DNA of 64,000 nt, taken from contig CAWJMT010000037.1 of the NCBI GenBank assembly GCA_963844035.1, positions 160,001-224,000 of the forward strand, read 5' to 3'. Below the pieces are notes generated by a model. The model made no database searches. It saw only the letters and a program-made list of their open reading frames with translations, and was not told the DNA's origin. A program made the translations under genes and the position numbers. Position 1 is the stretch's first letter; each line of letters begins with the position of its first letter. The DNA comes from an uncultured Gemmatimonadales bacterium. GTDB lineage: Bacteria; Gemmatimonadota; Gemmatimonadetes; Gemmatimonadales; GWC2-71-9. Below, piece by piece: positions 21,229 to 30,276 of this stretch.

Positions 21229-21977
21229 GCGTCGTCGTGGTCCTGAACGAGCCGCAAGACCTGGTCAACATCGCGCACGTGGTGCGCGGGCTCAAGAACT
21301 TCGGGTTCCGGGATCTCCGCCTGGTGGCGCCCCGCGAGTACGACGCCTATCGGATCGGCGGGATCGCCCACCAGACGCACGACGTGCTCGCCCGCGTCGC
21401 GCTGTTCGAGACCCTCGACGCGAGCGCTCGCCGACTGCGTGCACGTGGTCGGGTTCACGGCCCGCGGCCGCAGCGCGAAACGCAACGCGCAGCGGCCGCG
21501 CGACGCCGCGGCGGAGATCGCCACCCTGTGGGACTCAGGGCCGGTGGCGCTGTTGTTCGGTCGCGAAGACAAGGGGCTGTCCAACGAGGCGCTCGACCGG
21601 TGCCATCGGGTCGTCACGATTCCCTCGGACCCGGCGTACTCCTCGCTCAATCTGGCGCACGCCGTCGTGCTGATGCTGTACGAGCTGGCGCTGGTCCGGG
21701 CGCGAGGCGCCCCTGGCGTTCAAGCAGCCCCGGCGGAGGGCGGAGCCCGGTGCCTGTCGAGCAGCTCGAGCGGCTGTTCGCCGACCTCGAGCACGCGCTG
21801 CGCACGATTGAGTTTTTCAAGACCCGCGACGCTGAGCGCGTGTTGCGCACGGTGCGCGAGATCATTCATCGGACGCCGCTCGACGAGCGCGAAGTCAAGC
21901 TGCTGCGGGCGATGGCGATCGAGGTGGTGAAATACAGTGAGCGACTGGCGCGTTCCGGGATTCACGTCGACCGGTAG
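21225..21977 (+). CDS. TrmJ/TrmH (SPOUT) RNA methyltransferase; internal frameshifts
   Basis: VVVLNEPQDLVNIAHVVRGLKNFG, GFTAR, LLFGREDKGLSNE, YSSLNLAHAV. Confidence 0.88.
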   Translation: MSVVVVLNEPQDLVNIAHVVRGLKNFGFRDLRLVAPREYDAYRIGGIAHQTHDVLARVALFETLDASARRLRARGRVHGPRPQRETQRAAAARRRGGDRHPVGLRAGGAVVRSRRQGAVQRGARPVPSGRHDSLGPGVLLAQSGARRRADAVRAGAGPGARRPWRSSSPGGGRSPVPVEQLERLFADLEHALRTIEFFKTRDAERVLRTVREIIHRTPLDEREVKLLRAMAIEVVKYSERLARSGIHVDR

Positions 21978-23116
21978 CAAGCGGCCCGACGCGCTGTTCG
22001 GATCCGGGGGCGAGGGCCCGCCGGTGCCCGAGCGCATGGCCCGCGCGGCCGGCTGCCGCGTGTGGGACGCGAACGGCCGCGAGTACGTGGACTACATCAT
22101 GGCCCTCGGGGCGGTGGCCCTCGGATACGGGCATCCCGCCGTCAATCGCGCGGCGTGCGATGCGGTGGCGAACGGTGTGGTTGGGCCCCTCGCGCCCGTG
22201 CTGGAAGAGAGTCTGGCCGAAGCCCTGTGCGACGCGATCCCGTGGATTGAAGGAGTCCGCTTCCTCAAGAGCGGGGCGGAAGCGGTCGCGGCGGCCGTGC
22301 GCCTGGGCCGCGTGGCCACCGGGCGCGATCGCGTGCTCGGATGCGGCTACCACGGCTGGCTCGACTGGTCCCAGGGCGGGGCGGGGGAGGGCGTGCCCTC
22401 GAGTATTCGCGCCTTGTACGGTGAGCTGCCGTTCAACGACGTGGACGGCACCCGCGCGGCGATCCGCGTCGGTGGGCGATCAGCTCGCGGTCGTCGTGGT
22501 CGAACCCCTGGTGGTGGCGGAGCCCACCCGGGAATGGCTCGACAGCGTGCGCGCTGAGACCACGCGCGTGGGGGCCATCCTCGTGTACGACGAGATCAAG
22601 ACGGCGTTTCGGCTCGCCGTGGGCGGGGTGGCCGAGCGCACGGGCATCCATCCCGACCTGATGGTGCTCGGTAAGGCCATGGCAAACGGATTCCCGCTCG
22701 CCGCCGTGGGAGGCCGGGCGGACCTGATGGGCGGTGTGGCGCGCACCTGGATTTCCTCGACGCTCGCCACGGAGGCGGTGGCGCTCGCCGCCGCCCGCGC
22801 CACGCTCGAGGTAATCGTCGCGGAGGACGTGTGCGCGCACCTCCATCGGGTCGGGACGCGCCTGCTGCACGGCCTGCACGCGCTGCAGCACCGCTACCCC
22901 CACTTGATCAGCGGCGTCGGGGGCGTCGCCGAGATGTGCTTCTTCCACTTCGTCGACGAGCACGTTTCCCGCGCGGTGGCCCGAGGGTGCGCGGCCCGCG
23001 GCCTGCTTTTCAAGCGCACCGCTTACAATTTTGTCTCGCTGGCGCACGATGAGTCCACGGTGGACCAATCCCTTGCCCTGCTCGAGGACGTGCTGTCTGA
23101 ATGGAAGCCTCGATAG
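21937..23116 (+). CDS. Class III PLP aminotransferase (glutamate-1-semialdehyde-aminomutase-like); frameshift near 22470
   Basis: VWDANGREYVDY, LGYGHP, FLKSGAEA, GYHGW, YDEIKTAFR, LGKAMANGFP. Confidence 0.88.
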
Positions 23117-23385
23117 GCCCGTACGGTGCGGCGACGGTGCCGCGGATTGCGCCGATGGCGCGGTTGCACTGGGACGAGGTGCGGTCGCGGCATGTCCTGC
23201 TCTATCCGGAGGGGCTCGTCGCTCTCAACGAGACAGCGGCGGCGATCCTGCAGCTGTGCGACGGCGAGCGCGACGTGGGGCACATTGTCGCGACGCTCAA
23301 GTTTCGTTATCGGGCTGAGGGCATAGATCGCGACGTCGTCGTTCTGTTGCAGGGGCTGGCGGCGAAGGGGCTGATGATCCTGTGA
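23101..23385 (+). CDS. pqqD: PqqD-family peptide chaperone (RiPP recognition element)
   Basis: RLHWDEVRSRHVLLYPEGLVALNETAAAILQLCDG matches the PqqD pattern. Confidence 0.8.
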   Translation: MEASIGPYGAATVPRIAPMARLHWDEVRSRHVLLYPEGLVALNETAAAILQLCDGERDVGHIVATLKFRYRAEGIDRDVVVLLQGLAAKGLMIL

Positions 23386-23389
23386 GCGC

Positions 23390-24128
23390 TCAGCTCGCCA
23401 TCACAGTTCGCAGGCCTTCGATCAACAAGCCGACGATGGCGGCGACAGCGGCCGCTGCGAGGCCGAAGGCGGTGGCTCGCTCCGCGGAAACCTTCATCAG
23501 GGGCGGGGCGCCCAGGTAGACGAGGTAGAGGCTCCACACCGTCCCCACGATCGAAAGGCGTCCGAGGCGGGGCACGACGGCGAAGACGCCGAACAGCCAC
23601 GCCGGCGTGCTCGAATACGCCGCCACCTTCAACGCCTGCACCCGGTTCGAGTGTCCGAAGAACACCGGGGTCAGCATATCCAGAGCGATGGCGAGGAGGA
23701 ACACGAACCCGAGCCCAAACAGGTAGCGGATCACGCCGTCCTGTACGGCGGCGCCGATCGTCGTCTCGATCGCGCCAAACAGCGTCCCCTGCTCCTGAAA
23801 CAGCACGGCGCCAACGATGTAGGCGGCGGGTGGAATGACGGACAACGGGATGACGTAGTCCCGGTAGATCACGGGCGCCTTCGCGAATTCGCCGCCGATC
23901 GCCTGCCACTCCGGCCTTGGGCTCGAACATGATCCGCCGTGCCCGGGCCAGGAACCCAGGCGCTCTCCGGGGGACCGCTTTGGCCGGCGTCACCTTCGGG
24001 AGCGGTTTGCCGGCCGTGGGTGTCCGGGGTGGCGTCGGGCCCCGCGGCGGCGGTGCCGGCCCGCGCGGCGGGGTTGGGCCCCTTGAGGGCGGCGTGGGGC
24101 CCCTGGGGGGTGTCGGGGGGGTTGGCAT
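23390..24128 (-). CDS. Yip1-domain membrane protein with Pro-rich repetitive N-terminus; frameshift near 23905
   Basis: PPRGPTPP repeats; RARRIMFEPK; ALKVAAYSSTPAW; WSLYLVYLG...LMKV. Confidence 0.8.
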
Positions 24129-24157
24129 GGCGCACCAATATACGATACGACGACGCC

Positions 24158-24305
24158 AAGACGCTAAGACGCTATGTCACAAGAGTCTAGGCCACGTGTA
24201 CAAGACGCTAAGACGCTAAGACGCTAAGACGCTAAGGCGCTACGTCCTAAGGGCGTCCTGGAGCCCGCCTGGCCGTCTTAGCGTCTTAGCGTCTTAGCGT
24301 CGTAG
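24158..24305. repeat. Inverted octamer tandem arrays in a divergent intergenic region
   Basis: AAGACGCT x2 (24158-73) and x5 (24202-41, last copy AAGGCGCT); complementary CGTCTTAG x4 (24274-305, last copy CGTCGTAG). Confidence 0.9.
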
Positions 24306-24315
24306 TTTCTACTCC

Positions 24316-25117
24316 ATGCTCATCGACGTCCACGCCCACTTCTATCATGACCGCACCCCTCGCGCGGACTGGCGCGAACGGAACGCGAGCCGGCTCCGGG
24401 CCGGGGAGCGGATCGGGATCACGGTTCACGTGGCCTCGATTCTGGGTAGCTGGGGGCGCACGTCGCCCACCTACTTCCCGTCCCCCGCCGATCTGGACTA
24501 CGGCAACACCGCCTTGCTCGCCCTCCAGCGTGAACACCCGCGCCCGGATCCGGGGCTACGTGGCGGTGAATCCGAACTACACCGCCCACGCGCTCGCCGA
24601 GATCGGGCGTTGCTTGAGCGCGGGGATGATCGGCATCAAGCTCGCGGCCAGCCGGCGTGCGGACGATCGCCTGCTCGATCCGGTGTGCGAGCTGGCGCGC
24701 GCCCGCGCCGTCCCGGTGTTGCACCATATCTGGCAGCACCGGCGGCGGGATTGGCCCGGGCAGGAGGCCTCCGACGCCACCGAGCTCGTCGCCCTGGCGC
24801 ACCGGCACCCGGGTGTGGCGTTCATTCTCGCGCACATCGCCGGAGGCGGTGACTGGGAGCATTCGCTCGCGGCGGTGCGGGACGTCCCCAACGTGTACGT
24901 GGATCTCTCGGGAAGCGGCGTGGACGGCGGGATGCTCGAGGCGTGCGTCGCGGCGGCGGGTCCGGAACGGCTGCTGTGGGGCGCCGACCTCACGCTCGAC
25001 ACCGGGTGGGCGAAGCTCCGCTACCTGGAGCACGTGCTCGACCGGGATGCGCTCGAGCTGGTGCAATGGAGGAATGCGGCGCGCATCTTCCCGCGCGGCG
25101 CCTTCGCGGCCGATTGA
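24316..25117 (+). CDS. Amidohydrolase_2-family metallohydrolase; frameshift near 24540
   Basis: IDVHAH, GIKL, VLHH, ILAHIAGG, VYVDLSGS, RLLWGAD. Confidence 0.88.
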
Positions 25118-25891
25118 TGCGCATCGACGTCAACGCGTTTCTGGGAGCGTACCCTTACCGCCGCGTTCCGGGCACGTCGCCCGACGCGCTGCGTGCGGGC
25201 GATGGACCGCACGGGAATCGACGAGGCGTGGGTGAGCCACCTGCCGAGTCTCTTCTGGCGCCATCCCGCGGACGGCAACGAGTGGTTGTACGAAACCGCG
25301 CGGGCCGAGCGGCGCTTCAGACCGGTGCCCGCGGTGCACCCGGGGATGCAGGGTTGGGAGACGGTGCTGGGGGATGCGGCCGACCGGGGGGCACCCGCCG
25401 TCCGGTGCGATCCCACCTACTACGGCCTCGAGCCCGGCGGAGCGGAAATGCGCGTCCTCGCCGCGGCCTGCGGCGCTGCGCGTCTGTCTCTGGTCATGGC
25501 GGTGCGGCTCGAGGACGGGCGCCAGCGTCACCCGAATGACACTGCCGGCGACCTTCCGGCGGCCGCGGTGCGCGCGCTAATCCGCAGCGACGACGACGTC
25601 CGCCTGCTCGTCACTCACGCCGACCGCGCGTTTGTCGAAGAGGTGCACTTCGGGTCCACTCCGGAAGAAGCGGCGCGCATCTGGTGGGATATCACCTGGA
25701 TCTGGGGCCCGCCGGAGGATCACCTGGAGACTCTGCTCGGAACGGTGGGCATCGCACGCTTCGTGTTCGGGACGGGTCAGCCGCTGCGCCTTCCGGAGGC
25801 GAGTGTCGCGAAGCTGGATCTCTTGGATCTCAAGCCGGAGGAGCGGGTCGCCATCGAGTCCGGCAATGTGACCACAGGACTCATCACCTGA
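25117..25891 (+). CDS. Second amidohydrolase-fold protein with degenerate metal site; frameshift near 25195
   Basis: RIDVNAFLGAYP in place of HxH; RLEDGRQRH; RFVFGTGQP; TGATG coupling to the previous gene. Confidence 0.75.
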
Positions 25892-25919
25892 CCGCCCGAC
25901 CGCCTGACCGCCTGACCGC
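25888..25919. repeat. Octamer tandem repeat at a gene junction
   Basis: CTGACCGC-CCGACCGC-CTGACCGC-CTGACCGC. Confidence 0.8.
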
Positions 25920-26782
25920 CCGCCTCTCGTGGGGCCTCATCCCCGCCGTTCCCGTCCCGTTCCGCGGCCGCACGCTGGCAGAGGATGCGCAGCGCGCGTA
26001 TGCCCAATGGATGGCGACGCAGGCGGTGGCCGGGGTCGCCGTATGGGCGCACACGGGGCGCGGCCCGCACCTTTCGGCCGAGGAGCGCCGCTTGGTGCTC
26101 TCGACCTGGCGCGCCGCGCTTCCTGAGAAGGTCATTGTCGCCGGTGCCAACTCTGTCGAGATGGCTCGGGACGCGAAGGCTGGTGGTGCGGATGCGTTGC
26201 TGGCATTTCCCAGGCGCGACGATCCCATCCGCTATCACGAGAGCCTCGGCCGCGAGCTGCCGGTGCTCGCGTTCTATCTATACGAGGCGGCCGGGGGTGT
26301 GGCGTACGACAGCGGCACGATCCGCGCGCTGCTCGATCTGCCGCAGGTCATTGGAATCAAGGTGGCGACGCTCGACTCGATTGTGACGTTCCAGCGCATC
26401 GCCGAGATCGTGCGGGCGTATCCCGACAAACTGCTCGTCACCGGCGAGGACCGATTCCTGGGCTACTCGCTGATGGGAGGGGCGCGCGCGGCGCTCATCG
26501 GCATGGGCGCGGGGCTCACCGACCTCCAGGCGCGGATGCTCGCGGCGTACGCGTCGGGCGACGCCGCGACCTTCCTCCGTCTCTCGTCGCTGGTGGACGC
26601 GTTCGGCGTGGCCACGTTCTCCCGGCCGCTCGAGGGGTACGTGCGGCGCATGCTGTGGGCGCTCGCCGCCGACGGGGTGCTTCCCGCCGATGCGTGTGAC
26701 GATCCGTGGGGCCCGGACCTCGACGCTGGGGGAGCGGGACCTGGTCGCGCGCGCGGTTCGGCAGGCGCGCGCCGCGGCGTGA
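25888..26782 (+). CDS. Dihydrodipicolinate synthase (DapA/NAL) family aldolase; start uncertain, frameshift near 26730
   Basis: LIPAVPVPF, VWAHTGRG, FYLYEAAGG, GIKVATLDS, TGEDRFL; removing one G at GCTGGGGGAG gives a stop at TGATG 26780-84. Confidence 0.8.
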
Positions 26783-27931
26783 TGCGCGCCCGGCTCGAGC
26801 GGGACTTCGAGCGATTCAAGCGGGACCTTCCGGCGGATTTCCCCGCCCATGTCCGCGAGGCGTTCCGCGTGGACCTCACCGCGCGCTACCTCGGCTGCTC
26901 GATCGCGCACCCAATTGGGAAAGGGTCGGGGCAGTTGTCGCTGAACGCCGCGCAGCTCGAGGATGACGCCGCTGCGGGTTTGGCGTTCGTCGTGCTCAAG
27001 ACCGTCATCGCGCAGGATGAAGCGGGAACCCGGTCGATGGGCGCGTGGGCGGTGCACGAGACCCGGATGACCGTCGAGCGCCGCGCCGCGGGGGACGGGC
27101 GCGCAGGATGGACGGTGACCTGGAAAGGGCGGGGCTGGGATCGATCGTTCGATGACTACCTGGCCCTGGTGCGTGCGGGCCGGGACGTTGCAGCCGCCGG
27201 TGCCATGGTGGTCGTGCCGTCGGTGAAGTACCACCTGCCGCGGCTGGGAGAGGCGTTTCGAGACGCTGAGTACGCCTACACCACCCGCCAGATCGCCGAG
27301 GCGTGGGGTGAGCCGCCGCTGCTGCTCGAGATCGATTTCTCGCCGACCCTCGCAGGCGACGCCCTCGCCGACGACCGCGCGCAGATCCTGCGGTGGCTGC
27401 GCGAGGTGCCGGCGCGCGCTCGTGCGGCGTCACCGGTGCCCACGCGGATCGCGGTGAAGCTCATGAACGCTCGGTTCGACGATGCGTTCCAGCTCGAGAT
27501 GATGGCTGCCTGCGCGGACGCCGACGCGCTGGTGTGCTTCAATCGCCTGTTCGATGCCGAGCAGGGGATCGCGTACGGCGGATGGGATCTGAGCGAGCGG
27601 AACTTGAGAGTGCTCGACGCATTTCTGCCCGCCGCCGGGCATACCGCCTGCCCGCGGCTCACCGGCACCGGAAATATCCACTCCGGCCGCATGATCCTCG
27701 AGTACGCCCGCCGCGGCTGTGAGAGCGTCCAGCTGCACACGTTCTTCCAGCTGCCGCTCTCGGAGTATCCCGCGACCGATGGCTCGCGCACCCAGCGCGC
27801 CCTGCACGCGCTGGTGTTCGATCCGCACGACGGCCTGATCGCGGGCGTGCTCGAGCTCGAGGCAGTCGGGGCGGCTCGAGCGGCGTGACGGCATGCTGCA
27901 CTTCCTTGACCTCGTGCCCCATGCGGATTGA
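26782..27931 (+). CDS. Dihydroorotate/dihydropyrimidine-dehydrogenase-like FMN TIM-barrel protein
   Basis: DLTARYLG...HPIGKGSGQLS, FVVLKTV, VKLMN, LTGTGNIHSG, GCESVQLHT; the 3' end likely extends to 27931 through a frameshift near 27868. Confidence 0.6.
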
Positions 27932-29058
27932 GCGCGTCGAGCTGTACGAGCTGGCGCTCCCGCTGGTCGAGCCGTTCATCATTTCCGGGGGCGCGATCCG
28001 CGAGCGGCGCTCGATCGTCGTGGTGCTGCACGACGACGCCGGGCGCACCGGGTTTGGCGAATCGCCGCCGTTTCCGCTGCCGTTCTATTCCGAAGAGACG
28101 CTGGCGAGCGCGCGGGACCTGATCCAGCACGTCCTGGCACCGCGCGTGGAGGGACGGGAGTTCGCATCCCCCGAGGATGTCGATGCGGCGTTGCGGGCCA
28201 ACGTGCGCGGCAATCCGTTCGCGCGCGCAGGCGTGGAAACCGCCGCGTGGGACCTCGAAGCCGTCACCCGCGGCGTGCGGGCTCGCTCAGCTCGTGGGCG
28301 CGCGTCTGGGCGTCGCGCCCGCCGGCAGCGTCGCGTGCGGCGTCGCCCTCGGCATTCCGGAAGATCGCCGGCCCGAGACGCTGACCCGCTGGGTGTACGA
28401 GGCGCTCGAGCGGGGCTACCGACGCGTGAAGATCAAGGTCGCCCCCGAGTGGGACGACATCGCCGTGCGGGCGGCGCGCGACGGCATGGCCGGATCCGCG
28501 CTGCCGCTCACGGTGGACGCGAACGGCGCCTACGCGTGGCCCGAGCACGAGACGCGAGCTGCGCGGGCTCGACGACGCGGGGCTGCTGTACATCGAGCAG
28601 CCGCTCGAACCGGACGACCTGGTGGGGCACGCCCGGCTGGCGCGGGCGCTCCGCACGCCCGATTTGCCTCGACGAGACGCTCAAGAGCGCGGGGCACGCG
28701 CGGCAGGTGGTCGCGCTCGAGGGTCCCAAGGTCTGGAACATCAAGGTGCACCGCGTCGGCGGTCTCGCGGAGGTGTGTCGCATCTATCGCGTCGCGCAGG
28801 CTTACGGCGCGGAGCTGTGGGCGGGGACGATGCCCGAGTCGGGGATCGGATCGCAGGCGGCGCTCGCCGTCGCCGCGCTGCCGCTGTGCGTCTATCCCGT
28901 CCGACCTCGAGCCGAGCGCCCGCTGGTTCGGACGCAATGCGGACGTCATCAAGCTCACGATGGACAAGGACGGTCGGATGGCCGTGCCCGGTCAGGCGGC
29001 GTCACGACTCATCGACAAGGGACGGTTTCACGCTGCCGCGCGGCGGTTGGGCGTGTAG
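27921..29058 (+). CDS. menC: o-Succinylbenzoate synthase / N-acylamino acid racemase (enolase superfamily); several frameshifts
   Basis: LPLVEPFIIS, PFYSEET, VRGNPFARAGVETA, RVKIKV, VDANGAY, ICLDE, WAGTMPESGIG, PSDLEPSARW. Confidence 0.82.
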
Positions 29059-29099
29059 CCCGGGTTCCGTTCTGTAGGTCAGCGACTACCTTACCGGCC

Positions 29100-29570
29100 A
29101 TGATTCCCTTGGACAATCAGCCCCCTGGTTACTGGGCCACCACGCTGTACCGGGAGCCGCGCAAACGCCCCAAGGCCGACGCGCCACTCAAGGACCTGCC
29201 GCCCAGGGCGGCGCAGCGCTTCAAGCTGGCGCGCGAGGGCGTGCGCGCGATGAAGCACGTGAGCGAGCAGGTGGTATTTCTCGGGACCGCGTGGAAATGG
29301 GTGTGGATGTACGAGGTCAGCGGGCGGAAGCTCGGGTATCTCCACCCGATGGAGTCGAGCGTCAGCGCGACGTTCATCCTGACGGGCGCTGAAGAGCGGG
29401 AGCTCACCGGTACGACCAGCGCGCCCCGGGCCGTGCACGAAGCGATGCGCGTCGGCATCCTGTCCGACGGCGTCCGGTGGTGCTGGCTCGACCTGCCCGA
29501 CCTCGATGCCGCCGAAGCGTTCGTCGCCGTCGTCAAGCTCAAGCATCTGCTGCTCTCGCGCCCGGAATAA
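29100..29570 (+). CDS. Hypothetical protein (DUF3788-like)
   Basis: 3' part of ORF 27885..29570 from ATG 29100; WKWVWMYEVSGRKLGYLHP. Confidence 0.5.
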   Translation: MIPLDNQPPGYWATTLYREPRKRPKADAPLKDLPPRAAQRFKLAREGVRAMKHVSEQVVFLGTAWKWVWMYEVSGRKLGYLHPMESSVSATFILTGAEERELTGTTSAPRAVHEAMRVGILSDGVRWCWLDLPDLDAAEAFVAVVKLKHLLLSRPE

Positions 29571-29690
29571 TCGGGACGCGGCCTGCCCTACCTATTCGGG
29601 CGGTCTTGCGGTGCTGGCCGGTAGAGCTACATTCTCGCGCGCTGCCGTCGTTCTTCCCCAACGTACATTCGCCATCGGGTGCTTGATTTG

Positions 29691-30257
29691 ATGACGAAGC
29701 GGAATCGTTGGGTCGTGGTGGGAATCGCGTCCGCCCTGTTCGCGGCCGTTCCCGCTGCTGCCCAAGAAGGCCAGAACGCGACCGCCGTCAAGGCGCCTGT
29801 CATCACTGACACGGCATCGCTGGCGGGTCCCCGGCAGCCAATATTCTTTCGTCACGATATCCACGCGGGTCAGGACCAGATCGCGTGTCTGTACTGTCAC
29901 TCCACCGTCACGGTGTCGAGCGAGCCCGGTATTCCGTCGCTCCAGACCTGTTACGGGTGTCACCTCATGATCGGCGGATCGACACCGTCGCACGAGGCCG
30001 AGATTCAAAAGGTCCGCGACGCGTGGAGCGAGAATAAGCCGCCCGAGTGGATTCGGATTCACGCCCTCCCCGACTTCGTTCACTTCCCCCACATGCGACA
30101 CATCAAAGCGCTCGGCACCGATGCCTGCAAAACCTGCCACGGCGACGTGAAGGCCATGCCGCAGGTACACCAGGTCTCGTCGCTCAAGATGGGGTGGTGC
30201 ATCAACTGTCACGTCGAGCGCAAAGTGACTCGCGATTGCTCCGTATGCCATTACTAA
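29691..30257 (+). CDS. actA: Alternative complex III pentaheme cytochrome c subunit
   Basis: Five CxxCH motifs (CLYCH, CYGCH, CKTCH, CINCH, CSVCH); QPIFFRHDIHAG, LPDFVHFPH, LKMGWC. Confidence 0.92.
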   Translation: MTKRNRWVVVGIASALFAAVPAAAQEGQNATAVKAPVITDTASLAGPRQPIFFRHDIHAGQDQIACLYCHSTVTVSSEPGIPSLQTCYGCHLMIGGSTPSHEAEIQKVRDAWSENKPPEWIRIHALPDFVHFPHMRHIKALGTDACKTCHGDVKAMPQVHQVSSLKMGWCINCHVERKVTRDCSVCHY

Positions 30258-30276
30258 TCCGGCGCCGGGAGATCTC

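Noticed and set aside
19761..21977. Lyase-TrmJ fusion ORF
   Set aside because: Artefact of a frameshift near 20925; the lyase ends at the ATGA overlap 21225-28
21937..23116. hemL
   Set aside because: Same family but shorter and divergent, with no heme-pathway context; symbol withheld
24158..24305. CRISPR array
   Set aside because: Units are 8-bp head-to-tail repeats without unique spacers, and there are no cas genes
25684..27888. Novel DapA-dehydrogenase fusion (734-aa ORF)
   Set aside because: Removing one G near 26730 restores a stop overlapping an ATG (TGATG 26780-84), giving two genes
27885..29570. MenC fused to a hypothetical protein
   Set aside because: The frame wanders through indels; MenC ends at 29058 and the next gene starts at 29100
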